Source: Limnochordia bacterium (GTDB lineage: Bacteria; Bacillota; Limnochordia; DTU080). From it: DNA of 64,000 bases. Shown piece by piece: positions 53,277 to 63,075 of the stretch. Location of the stretch: NCBI GenBank assembly GCA_050951545.1, contig JBMNJG010000002.1, forward strand, positions 187,258 through 251,257. The letters run 5' to 3'. The notes under the pieces are model-generated. The model did not search any database and was not told the DNA's origin. It saw only the letters and a program-made list of their open reading frames with translations. How positions within the stretch are numbered: the stretch's first letter is position 1; every line of letters begins with the position of its first letter. The position numbers and the translations under genes were made by a program.

Positions 53277-53595
53277 TCTTGACGCCACAGGGGCAGAGCA
53301 TGTCGCCAGCCACATTCTGCAGGGAGAGGTGCTTACGCGAGGAGGTCTCAGCTTCACGAAGCCTGGTCATCTCACACACGATGGCCACGAGCATCGACAC
53401 GACGATGATGAAGAGATGTTCGTTATCCTGCAAGGCAGGGGTTGGGTACAGATCGACGGCAAGCAAGAACGCATTGCAGCAGGCGACGTCCTCGTCATAG
53501 AGGCGGGGGAAGAGCACCACCTACTCAGTGATGAGCAGGATCCACTGGTGCATATTTGGTTACATGCTGCTGGTAAGGAAGTAGCACACGAGTAG
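53254..53595 (+). CDS. Cupin-domain protein
   Basis: HRHDDDEEMFVILQGRG...GDVLVIEAGEEH. Confidence 0.85.
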   Translation: MLRYRISDLDATGAEHVASHILQGEVLTRGGLSFTKPGHLTHDGHEHRHDDDEEMFVILQGRGWVQIDGKQERIAAGDVLVIEAGEEHHLLSDEQDPLVHIWLHAAGKEVAHE

Positions 53596-53755
53596 TTGCG
53601 ACAACAGAAACCAAGGGCTCCAGAATGACACCTTCGTGCCAGCGTGTGACTAAGGCGTTTGTTATTGCTGTAACATCTCCTTTGGCGGGCAGCCTTTCCC
53701 TATCGGGCATGATAGAATGAAGCTGTTGAGACGAGAGAGGGTGCAGAAGGCTAGT

Positions 53756-54373
53756 ATGGACGCGATTCTTGATTGGGTAGCCGCCTTTGCTGGCAGCAGT
53801 CCACTGCTATTTGTGCTGTTGTTTGTGCTAGCCTTCGTCAATGCCTTTCTCCCGCCAGTTCCCATTGAGACCATTAGTGTGTTTGCAGGCTATCTTAGTC
53901 AGATAGGAAACGGAAATGCCTTTGGCATTGTATTGGCACTCTCCTTGGGTGTAGCAGCAGGCAGCGCTGTTCTTTTCCTGTTAGCGCGCTCCCAAGGTCG
54001 GCGGTTGCTGCAGGTGGGCTTTGTGCAGAGGCAGGTCACCCCCACTCGCCTTGAGAAGACAGAAACCTGGTTTCGCCGCTATGGTATGTGGATGATCTTC
54101 GCTGGCAAACTGATACCCGGCATGAGTTTCGTGACCGTAGTCTCTAGTGGTCTTTTCCGCATGGGCAAGCGTCAGGCGCTCATCGCCATTTATCTCGCTA
54201 ACTTTCTCTACTTTGCCGCGACAGTGGCTTTGGGTCAGCTTTTGGGCGAGGAGTGGCGCTCGGTCATTCGCTGGGGTCGGGTCGTGTGGCCGTATATGCT
54301 TGCAGTTGCGGTGGCAGTCGCGGCGATAGTGGGCGTGCGAGCTCTGCTGCGTAGGCGAGTTGCCGGGTCTTGA
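53756..54373 (+). CDS. DedA-family membrane protein
   Basis: PPVPIE...AGYL, WFRRYG...GKLIPG. Confidence 0.85.
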   Translation: MDAILDWVAAFAGSSPLLFVLLFVLAFVNAFLPPVPIETISVFAGYLSQIGNGNAFGIVLALSLGVAAGSAVLFLLARSQGRRLLQVGFVQRQVTPTRLEKTETWFRRYGMWMIFAGKLIPGMSFVTVVSSGLFRMGKRQALIAIYLANFLYFAATVALGQLLGEEWRSVIRWGRVVWPYMLAVAVAVAAIVGVRALLRRRVAGS

Positions 54374-54455
54374 GTGCTATGAGGCTTATGAGGCTTCTTT
54401 TGGCATGTCGACGTTGCAGCAACTCTACAACTCAAATGCACTAGGAGTGGAGACT

Positions 54456-55736
54456 GTGAAACGAACCCATCGCTTGGCAGTATGGCTTTTGGCAGTGGCA
54501 TGCATGTTTGTCTCTCCGGTAGCAGGTGCTCAGGTCACCATCTCCCATCTGAGCCAGAGCTCACATGGTGCGGCTTGGGCCGAGTGGCTCAAGCAAACGG
54601 CTGAGCAGTTCACCAGAGAGAACCCTGATATCGAGGTGGAGATAAGGGTAGCTCCTGGTGGGGCTGCCGGCATTCTGCAGCAGTACCAAGTGGCAGTGGC
54701 GGGTGATGCGGCTCCTGATGTTCTCGACATGAACAGCACCGCCTTCCCGTTAATGGATACATACTTCCTTGATCTGCATCCGTACCTTAAGCGAGACGGC
54801 ATCATCGATACCATATTTCCTGTCTTGATGCGCATGGCTTCCAATAACAAAGGTGAGATTTGGGGTCTACCAGCCATGATGCAGGTGATCCCTACATATT
54901 TCAATATCGATATACTGGAGAGTGCTGGTTTGCCAACCCCGTATGACCTGGGAGCCAACTGGAATTGGGATGCGGTTCTAGACATCGCCAAGAGGACCAC
55001 CCGTGATCTTAACGGCGATGGCAAGACCGACCAATACGGCACGGACCGGATGTACATGCGCTGGTACGAACAGGTAGCTCAAGCGGGCGGCATGCACTAC
55101 GACAAATGGGTATTTCCCTCCAAGGCGCAGTTCAACCAAGCTCCGGTCATGAAGGCCTTTGACTACATTTCGACGTTCTTCACGATGGGGTACGAGTTCC
55201 CATACCGGGCTGCCGGGCACCAACAGCAGTATTTCTGGTTTGGGAAGTCTGCCCTAACGTTTGCGGATGGTCCTGGGGCCCTCGGCCCGACTCAGTTGGG
55301 CGCGGCTAGCTTCAAGTTTGATATCGCACCGCAACCACAAGGTCCCGTGAACAACGCGGCTGTGTGCTATCCGGCATCGTACCTGCAGATTGACCGAAAC
55401 ACCAAGCATCCCGATGCCGCGTACAAGTGGATTAGCTACTTAGTGACTAACCAAACCGCAATGACCAACATGGTGAAACTGACACGGAACATCCCGACCT
55501 CCAGAAAGGGCGTTGCGATCTACGGTCAGGCGGGTGGGAGCTCCTTGCCCAAGCACTGGGCGGTGTTCTTCGATCATGCCAGTAGTCCATATGCAGTGGG
55601 TACCTTTGCACACAGGAACACACAGGTCACCACTATCCAATCTAAGTACCTGGACGAACTCTGGAGAGGTAACGCGAGTGTACAGACGACGGTGGAGTTG
55701 CTCGATCAGCATCTGAACGCGATTTTGAACCAGTAG
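54456..55736 (+). CDS. ABC sugar solute-binding protein
   Basis: Signal peptide, AGDAAPDV, IWGLP, WNWD, TRDLNGDG, HPDAAYKWI. Confidence 0.9.
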   Translation: MKRTHRLAVWLLAVACMFVSPVAGAQVTISHLSQSSHGAAWAEWLKQTAEQFTRENPDIEVEIRVAPGGAAGILQQYQVAVAGDAAPDVLDMNSTAFPLMDTYFLDLHPYLKRDGIIDTIFPVLMRMASNNKGEIWGLPAMMQVIPTYFNIDILESAGLPTPYDLGANWNWDAVLDIAKRTTRDLNGDGKTDQYGTDRMYMRWYEQVAQAGGMHYDKWVFPSKAQFNQAPVMKAFDYISTFFTMGYEFPYRAAGHQQQYFWFGKSALTFADGPGALGPTQLGAASFKFDIAPQPQGPVNNAAVCYPASYLQIDRNTKHPDAAYKWISYLVTNQTAMTNMVKLTRNIPTSRKGVAIYGQAGGSSLPKHWAVFFDHASSPYAVGTFAHRNTQVTTIQSKYLDELWRGNASVQTTVELLDQHLNAILNQ

Positions 55737-55905
55737 CGGTGATACAGGCCAGTGCTTGACGTTTTCGTTGTCGGGGCTACCGGCCTAGAGAATAGGATGT
55801 AGTGTCTATGTGCACTTGCCGCTCCGCCCTCTGTCATGGCTTGTGGTGGCCATGTGACTAGCGGTAGAGCGGCAATGTTCACTCCCCATTGTCAAGAGGG
55901 GCGGT

Positions 55906-58461
55906 GTGAGAATGGGCTCATCTCAGCAAGAGTATCATGCCGAATTGAAGCCGTTTGCGCAGCGAAGAGGCACAAACCCAAAGCATGAGCTATACTTCCA
56001 CAGAATCACTATGCTTCTGGTGCTCATCCTGGCTTCGTGGTTGGGGTTGACTGATGCAACTCGAGCGGAGGCGCCGTGGGAATTTGGCATCCAAACTGGC
56101 GGAGCCGTCTACTTCGATGCCGATCCGGGAATTCTCGAGATTACTGTACGCAAGAAGGACCAGATAGCGCGCCGCGATTGGATCCAAGACATGCGCTTGG
56201 TGTTAGTGGGGCCTGATCGCCGTGTCGTGGCAGAGACAGTCATTCCGGATTACCCCAAAGCCAAAATGAACCGCGCTCATGAGTGGAGTGAGGAGCAAAG
56301 CGCTCACCTAAGCGTCCCAGTACCGGTGGCTGGCGTCTACATGATGCTCGTTGCAGTTGACCAGGATAGCTATGGCCGTTCTGTCTTGTGGACCTTCTCG
56401 ACAAACGCTAAGCGGTATCTCATCGATGCCGGGATGGGGCATGTCGATGGTGCACGTAAGGAGGAAATAGTGCTCAGTCTGCCTGGGCAGCCTGGTAGGA
56501 TCTGTTTTAAGCCGACGCAGCCTATATCGAAGATCACACTCACCAGTCTGCCAGGGTCGGTGGCCTCCGTCACTTTGTTGGATCCCAACGACAAAGAGCA
56601 TATATCTATGGCAGTAAGGGGCGGCAAAGCAGAAGGTTTGGTGGTCACCAACTCGCAAACGCAAAACGGGGTGTGGCAGATCGTGTTGCCCACTCAGCAG
56701 GTACGGGCGAGTATTGAGGGCGTTACGTACTGGAATGAAGAGAACGGTATTTCGCGCATGCCCCTTTGGACAACGGCCCAAAATCGTTATTTCGATCTGC
56801 TACCCTATCGCTGGTTGCTTACGCCGTATCGTGGCACCGAAGTGGTAAAGGCGGGCGCAGTTGGCACTGTGGCGCTGACACTCTTCAACAATAGCACTGC
56901 TCCGATGGAAGTGAACCTGTCTGTCACGGGCAAACCGCTGTCTGCGGGTGTGTTCGCCAAGGCCGCGGCGGAAGCGCAGACCGGTGCTCTACGGGTCAGC
57001 ATCAATCAGTCGCAGATTACCCTACAACCACAGCAAACTCAGCAGGTTCAGTTGCGTTATCACGTCACCGGAGCAGTTACAGAAGAGCAGCACGTGCATG
57101 TGCTGGCGCAGGTACAGGAGAGCGAGTTTCAGACCTACTCCACCATTTCGTTCGTACCGGAAGGCTCGGGCAGTACACCGATGCACCCGATCCAACTTCA
57201 GCCCTTCGCCAATGAAAGGGATCTGTTTGGTTACGCTCCCGACTATCCGGCAGGCACCGAACCGTATTTTGATTCCGCGAACAGACCTTGGATGGTGGCT
57301 GAAGGAAAACTCTGGCGGCGAGGCGACCAGGGCTGGGAGGCAATCGAGGAGCTCTTTGGTGTTCTCTCAAAGCGTCATGGCGTTGGGGATTGGAGCATAC
57401 ACACTGGGCGGATCGGGTTCGATGGAGACTGCGGCGCCTATATTGTGGTGCGACAAGGGTCACAGATCGTCCTGGCTCGGGTATCCGGCGACGGCAAGAC
57501 GATTCACTCCGTGCCCTTGCCGGGGGGCACTCGTGGGGCTTTGACTCTGGAGACATTTACGGGTCACAATGGCGGAGAAAAGCCTCCTGCCATTCTGCGT
57601 TACGTCAGTACCGGAGCCCCTCCACGCGACCCCAAGGTGAAGTGGGGCGTCGATCACCGTCTGACTCTGATCGTGCCGCATTTCGACAACGGACAGTTAA
57701 CGATCAGTGAACCTGTGCTTGTGAGTGATCGTTGCATCGGTATTGCCGACCACTCGGGTCTGACGAGCCCCCTGGTGTCAAGAGGTGACCAGATCTTCTT
57801 GATTTGGGGCGAAGCCAGTGACGTGGCGGCCAAGCATCCAGGAGTTCCGACTTACGCAGCCTCCTATAACCGCAAGACAGGCGAAATGACCAAACCGGCG
57901 TTGGTTGGTTATGCTCCGCCAGCCAACGACGTACACAATGTCCCCGGAATCGTGATTGATTCGCAAGGTTATCTGCATGCCATTTTGGGTGCGCATAACA
58001 AGCCGTTTCAATATGCTCGCTCTCTGCAACCGCATTCGACTGACATGGGCTGGAGCCAAGCGGAGAAGGTCGCTGCCGGATACGAGCAAACCTATGTAGG
58101 AGTTGTGGTCGACGCCAACGACATCTTGCACCTGGTATCGCGTATCTGGCGCAGGGGATCGCTGTTTCCGGGATTGCACGATACCGCGCTCGTCTACCAA
58201 ACCAAAAAAGGCGATGGACCATGGAGCAAGCCGCAGCCGTTTCTTCTGCCAGCCACGCCACACTATAGCGTGTACTACCAACGGCTCACCATCGATCGGA
58301 CGGGTCGTTTGTTCGTTTCGTATGATTACTGGCCAACTTGGTCAGCGTACCGTTCCGAATTGATCGGTCAGGGTCCTACCCAGAGCGGTTTTGGTAGGGC
58401 GTTGTTGGTGTCTGAAGATCAGGGTGACCATTGGGCCTTTGTGCGGGATCAGGATTTTTGA
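55906..58461 (+). CDS. Secreted BNR-repeat (BNR_4) protein
   Basis: Signal peptide; NDVHNVPGIVIDSQGYLH, YSVYYQRLTIDRTGRL, Asp-box SEDQGDHW. Confidence 0.75.
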   Translation: MRMGSSQQEYHAELKPFAQRRGTNPKHELYFHRITMLLVLILASWLGLTDATRAEAPWEFGIQTGGAVYFDADPGILEITVRKKDQIARRDWIQDMRLVLVGPDRRVVAETVIPDYPKAKMNRAHEWSEEQSAHLSVPVPVAGVYMMLVAVDQDSYGRSVLWTFSTNAKRYLIDAGMGHVDGARKEEIVLSLPGQPGRICFKPTQPISKITLTSLPGSVASVTLLDPNDKEHISMAVRGGKAEGLVVTNSQTQNGVWQIVLPTQQVRASIEGVTYWNEENGISRMPLWTTAQNRYFDLLPYRWLLTPYRGTEVVKAGAVGTVALTLFNNSTAPMEVNLSVTGKPLSAGVFAKAAAEAQTGALRVSINQSQITLQPQQTQQVQLRYHVTGAVTEEQHVHVLAQVQESEFQTYSTISFVPEGSGSTPMHPIQLQPFANERDLFGYAPDYPAGTEPYFDSANRPWMVAEGKLWRRGDQGWEAIEELFGVLSKRHGVGDWSIHTGRIGFDGDCGAYIVVRQGSQIVLARVSGDGKTIHSVPLPGGTRGALTLETFTGHNGGEKPPAILRYVSTGAPPRDPKVKWGVDHRLTLIVPHFDNGQLTISEPVLVSDRCIGIADHSGLTSPLVSRGDQIFLIWGEASDVAAKHPGVPTYAASYNRKTGEMTKPALVGYAPPANDVHNVPGIVIDSQGYLHAILGAHNKPFQYARSLQPHSTDMGWSQAEKVAAGYEQTYVGVVVDANDILHLVSRIWRRGSLFPGLHDTALVYQTKKGDGPWSKPQPFLLPATPHYSVYYQRLTIDRTGRLFVSYDYWPTWSAYRSELIGQGPTQSGFGRALLVSEDQGDHWAFVRDQDF

Positions 58462-59134
58462 CCAATATGCGTTCAAGGCTACCATTCCCAGCGGCTGCTC
58501 CTTGTGAGGATAGGCGGAGTGCTTCGCTATCTCCGATTTGGCACACCAACTTAGGCGCACCGTAGTACGTTGCCACATCATCATCCGCTCGGTACGGCGT
58601 GAGGCTAGCCTGACGCCATACTCGTTTGGTTGTACTCTCAGATGGCACTGAGATCAGCCGCATCATCTGATCCACGACCTCGTCAATGGACAGATTAGAG
58701 GAGTCAATGCATGGATATGGCAGCCCCTCATACAGACTTCGTGATGATATCGCTCGCTTGATTCTTCCATGATCTCTTCCGTCGCATGTCATCCTTCGGA
58801 TGCTCTCTTCTTCGCTGCAGGTCAATCCTATGGGAATGAACACATAGTCTGCATCAGCCAGAGTCGCCATTAGCCCATCGAGGATCTGCCGCCTTGGCCC
58901 ATGAAATCCGTGGCTGAATATCACATAGTTGACTAGACTGCAGCTGAGATAACCTCTTATCGTATGCAGGAAGTTGCTCTCAACCAGTCTCTGGATCTCT
59001 GGTGTCAACGTAAATGGGTTTATCTGCCTGCACCACTCCGGCTCCAACCAAGCTGAATTAGGCAGCCTTCGGTGCAGAAGCCCACATGTCGGACACCTCC
59101 CAACACCGTTCGGACCATATACAAATATCAGGTT
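58376..59134 (-). pseudogene. P-loop nucleotide-kinase-like gene lacking its start (cut by IS end)
   Basis: Frame reads NLIFVYGPNGVGRCPTC...AWLEPEWC directly after the IS terminus with no start codon; P-loop degenerate. Confidence 0.6.
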
Positions 59135-59860
59135 CTCAACTTTCGCAGGCCTGAGAACCGAAAAAACCGCTTAACCAAGCGGGTATTTTGCTAAGGAGAT
59201 GCCCGAACACCTCTTGGATCTGCGTTCCCGAGATGACGAGCAGCTCACCGACGGCTTGCCTGAGAAGATCCATGATAAGAGTAAGGGCGGACGCAAAGGT
59301 GCGGTCCTGCAATTCATCACAACAGTGGTAGAACAGGATGCCGAACGTTCGGGGGTCCTCGTGCTCGCGAGCTTGAATGGCCAGCATGATGTAGCGCATG
59401 AAGACTATGGTCGTGTGGGCCACCATCATGTCGTATGAACGCCCCTGGAATTCTTTGGCCAAGCCTAGATGCGATTTGCACATTTTGAAGAACACTTCGA
59501 TGTCCCAACGCTTGCCGTAGATGCGAACCACTTCCTCGGGGGGCAGTTCCACGTCAGTCGATAGTATAGCCAGCCACTCGCGGCCGCCGCAACGGTTTTT
59601 GACGAAGACGATCTGTGCGGGGACGGGGTTACCTTGCGCGTCGTTTCCGATGATGACATGCGCCGCGGCTAGCACTCCGGCGCGCCCAGATCGCTTCTTC
59701 ACTTTGCCGTACAGCGCCTTGAGATTGAGCTTCTGCCCACCGTAGCCGAAGAACACGTTTGGCATTGCCTTGAGCATGCAAATCACGTCCAGTTTTTGGT
59801 CAAGCACTCTGGGAATGGTTTTGGGGAAGGCAAACCAGCTGTCGAAAAGCACCTCGGGTG
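59135..59860 (-). mobile_element. 5'-truncated IS4/IS701-like DDE transposase remnant
   Basis: LFDSWF, YGKRWDIEVFFK..KSHLGL; ends in TGCGAAAGTTGAG; N-terminal half absent. Confidence 0.75.
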
Positions 59861-59965
59861 ATAACCCTACCTCATCTCCTCCACCTGTTCGGCAGATGGA
59901 GTGACAGGCGAGAACGACATCGAAGAATGGTTCTCCGCACCCGCATTACTCTATAGAACAAAGGA

Positions 59966-60280
59966 GTGGCCTGGGAATGGATCAAATACTACACTGGGCT
60001 CGAAGGACAGCTGAAGTTCTTTGAAGTATATGGAAGAGCAGGCGTACCGCGACTTGACTTCTTCCGGACGCGGGCATGGTCGGCCTTCGTGAAGGAGCGT
60101 CCCTTTATCAGGATGTTGCCGCATTTGCTGGAGTCGGCTCGTGAGTATCCGTTCATCAAGTATAGGGACATCAACTCCATCCTGAGCACCAACGTCTTTA
60201 GCGCCATTGGGAGGGGTGTCGCACCCCAGGCGGGTCTCGAAGAGGCCAAACGACTGGGGAATCTCTTGTTCGAAAAGTGA
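59966..60280 (+). pseudogene. C-terminal remnant of an SBP gene
   Basis: AWEWIKYY..EGQ...APQAGLEEA matches SBP C-termini; N-terminus missing next to the IS remnant. Confidence 0.65.
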
Positions 60281-60289
60281 GCTGCTTTT

Positions 60290-61081
60290 GTGAGACACAT
60301 TATCATGGCGGATCTTGAGGGTGCTGGTGGCGTGGAGCGCTTCAGCCAAACCTACGCTGACGAGCCGTTTAAGAGGGCTTCGATGCGGCTGCTTACACGG
60401 GAAGTCAACGCTTGTATCGAAGGGATCCATGCTGCTGACCCGCAGGCAGACATCTATGTGATCGACAGACACGGCGGGGGAGGCATTGTGGCCGAAGAAC
60501 GCGACCCTCGGGCTCGCTACGCCCCATGGGGAGTAGCCCGGCGTGAGATCTTTCCTGACTATCAGGGATTTGACACCTATCTCTACGTCGGACAGCACGC
60601 CATGGCGGGCTTGGCGAATGCGCCGTTGTGCCACACGGACTCTTCAAAGCAGGTTGTCTACAAACGCTTCAATGGGATCTTCGTGGGTGAGTTTGGCATC
60701 GAAGCGCTTCGGGCTGGTCACCATGGCGTGCGTGTCATCTTTTTCGCCGGGGATGACAAGGCAGTTGCTGAAGCTCGGGCACTGGTTCCGAACATAGTCA
60801 CAGTGACGACAAAATGGGGGGCAGGGTGGCAAAGGGCGCGGCATCTCTCATCCGAAGAGTCTTGTACTGCTATCCGTACTAAGGCGGCGGAGGCAGTGCG
60901 CCAATACGAGCAGATCCAGCCTCTGCGGATGGATCCGCCGTATGCGCATGAGATTCGTTTCGTCTATCCGAGGGAGTGTCGCCACATGAAGGTGGAGGGG
61001 GTCCGGGTGACGCAACTTGACCCCTATACGGTGTTATTCCGCTTCGATGATCTGGATCGATTGCAGGTAGTGGATCTCTGA
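60290..61081 (+). CDS. M55 (DppA-like) D-aminopeptidase
   Basis: ADLEG, DRHG, GQHA, LCHT, VGE, GDD motifs. Confidence 0.85.
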   Translation: MRHIIMADLEGAGGVERFSQTYADEPFKRASMRLLTREVNACIEGIHAADPQADIYVIDRHGGGGIVAEERDPRARYAPWGVARREIFPDYQGFDTYLYVGQHAMAGLANAPLCHTDSSKQVVYKRFNGIFVGEFGIEALRAGHHGVRVIFFAGDDKAVAEARALVPNIVTVTTKWGAGWQRARHLSSEESCTAIRTKAAEAVRQYEQIQPLRMDPPYAHEIRFVYPRECRHMKVEGVRVTQLDPYTVLFRFDDLDRLQVVDL

Positions 61082-61126
61082 CAAAAGAAGTGTTGCTAAC
61101 TTAGGGTCCGAAGGGAGTATGCCAAA

Positions 61127-61879
61127 TTGAAGCTGAACAAGGCCAAGATGCGCATGATGGCGGGTAAGCCTGCACTGGGGACGGTGCTCGGTATGGGCTC
61201 TCCAGAGGTAGCAGGGGTGCTCGCTCGCAGTAAGTTTGATTTCCTCTTACTTGATGCCCAGCACGGGGCGTGGAATCTGCAGACGGCAGGAGAGGCTTTG
61301 TGGAATATTGGTGTGGCTGGTCACATCGGCATGGTCCGAGTGGTCAAGAACGATTTCTTCGCCATCGGCTCGATGCTCGATCGGGGTGCGCTTGGGGTTG
61401 TCGTACCTATGGTCGAGACTGTTGAAGAGGCCCGGGCGGCCGTGGATGCCGCTCGCTATGCGCCGCAGGGTCGGCGCTCTGTGGGTGGGTCATCGATGCG
61501 CAGTTGGCAGTCAGTGGGTAATGATGGGATTAACGAAGAGATCTTTGTGGCAGTGCAGATTGAGACCCGCCTGGGCGTAGAGCGCGCAGCTGACATCCTG
61601 GCCGTAGACGGTGTCGATGGTTGCTGGATAGGCCCCTCAGACTTGGCATTGTCGCTGGAGGTTGAAGAAGGGCATCCCGTTCACGAGAAGGCCATTCTGC
61701 AGGTGCTAGAGGCCTGTCGGCAGACGGGCAAAATACCCGGCATTTGCGGGCCAGGGCGCCAGAGCCAGTGGCTAGAAGCCGGATTTCTCTTTGTCACTGT
61801 TGGGTCCGATGGCGGGTGTGTCAGCCGCGGGGCCGCCTCCATAGTACAGTCGTATGCTCAGGGACCGTGGAACGCCTAA
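61127..61879 (+). CDS. HpcH/HpaI-family aldolase
   Basis: DAQHG, LDRGA.GVVVPMV, YAPQGRR, QIET, IGPSDL. Confidence 0.9.
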   Translation: MKLNKAKMRMMAGKPALGTVLGMGSPEVAGVLARSKFDFLLLDAQHGAWNLQTAGEALWNIGVAGHIGMVRVVKNDFFAIGSMLDRGALGVVVPMVETVEEARAAVDAARYAPQGRRSVGGSSMRSWQSVGNDGINEEIFVAVQIETRLGVERAADILAVDGVDGCWIGPSDLALSLEVEEGHPVHEKAILQVLEACRQTGKIPGICGPGRQSQWLEAGFLFVTVGSDGGCVSRGAASIVQSYAQGPWNA

Positions 61880-61919
61880 GAGCGACACATAGAATGCGTC
61901 ATAATTGAGGTGATCAAGG

Positions 61920-62960
61920 ATGTGCGCTCTTAGAGTAGCCATGTTGCGCCGGCGTCCGGGTGATATCGAACGAGAGATCTTTGGCAAGGCTGGAGTCATG
62001 ATTGACCCTGTTGGCGCAGAGGAGCTCCAGGACGGTATTCCCGAACGTGTCTTCAGTGCCGATGCACTTCTGCTTTCGCAAGCGGCCGATCGCGGTTTTC
62101 TTAGCAGGTTCACGCAGTGTCGTGTCATCGGTAGATATGGGCTGGGCTATGACAATATCGATGTCGAGGCCTGCACCGACTTAGGGATTGCCGTGGCTGT
62201 GCCCCGTGGGTATGGTGAAGCGGATGTGGCCGACCATGCCTTGGCCTTCATCGTCTCTTGGCACCGGCGCATCGTGCATTATGATCGCTTGAGGCAGGCA
62301 AACGATCCCCGGCGTCTGCCAAGTGACTTGCGGCGCCTGAGCACACTTGTGGTGGGGCTGTGCGGTTTTGGTGGTATCGGACGGAATCTGGCGCCCAAGT
62401 TGAAGGCGCTAGGTATGCGGGTGCTTGTCTACGATCCCTATGTGACCCCCGAGGTCTTTGCGGCCCACGGCGTGGAACAGGTCGAATTCGGCACCTTGCT
62501 CGCACAGTCCGATGTGATATCGATCCACACGGCTCTTACTCGCGAGACCTACCATCTCTTCGACGACGCTGCCTTTCGGGCCATGGAGAAGAGACCTCTG
62601 ATCGTCAATACCGCCCGGGGGTCGATTATCTCCACAGAGGCTCTCGTGCAAGCTTTGGATGAGGAACTCATCTGTGGTGCCTGTCTGGATGTGCTGGAGG
62701 GCGAGCATACGCCAGTGTTCAAAGCGCACGTGAAGGACACCGCAGAGCAGATGGCAGCCAGAGATCGCGCTCTGGCCCGGCTGCGCGCTCACCCGTCCGT
62801 GATACTGACCCCGTTGATTGCGTATCAGTCGACTACTGCCATTGCTGAGCTGCCCAAGCGGGTGGCTCAAAACGTGGTGGATGTGCTTCAGGGTCGGATA
62901 CCAGAAGGGCTGGTCAACCGACAGGTCATAGAAGTCTTGGGGCTAAAGCCGCGTCGGTAG
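61920..62960 (+). CDS. D-isomer-specific 2-hydroxyacid dehydrogenase family protein
   Basis: GLGYDNID, GFGGIG, YDPY, VNTARG, LDVLEGE; TPH motif reads TPL. Confidence 0.85.
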   Translation: MCALRVAMLRRRPGDIEREIFGKAGVMIDPVGAEELQDGIPERVFSADALLLSQAADRGFLSRFTQCRVIGRYGLGYDNIDVEACTDLGIAVAVPRGYGEADVADHALAFIVSWHRRIVHYDRLRQANDPRRLPSDLRRLSTLVVGLCGFGGIGRNLAPKLKALGMRVLVYDPYVTPEVFAAHGVEQVEFGTLLAQSDVISIHTALTRETYHLFDDAAFRAMEKRPLIVNTARGSIISTEALVQALDEELICGACLDVLEGEHTPVFKAHVKDTAEQMAARDRALARLRAHPSVILTPLIAYQSTTAIAELPKRVAQNVVDVLQGRIPEGLVNRQVIEVLGLKPRR

Positions 62961-63075
62961 AAAGCGTGCCCTTGGTTGGGGCGAGAAGTGGCGACTGGCG
63001 GATGTTATCTGGAAGGAGGAGCGGCCATCGAATGGATGGCTACTCCTCTTCTGTATGTTCGGCATGTCTGTCGCG

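Noticed and set aside
59860-59960. Group II intron 3' end
   Set aside because: No domain V hairpin and no reverse transcriptase ORF.
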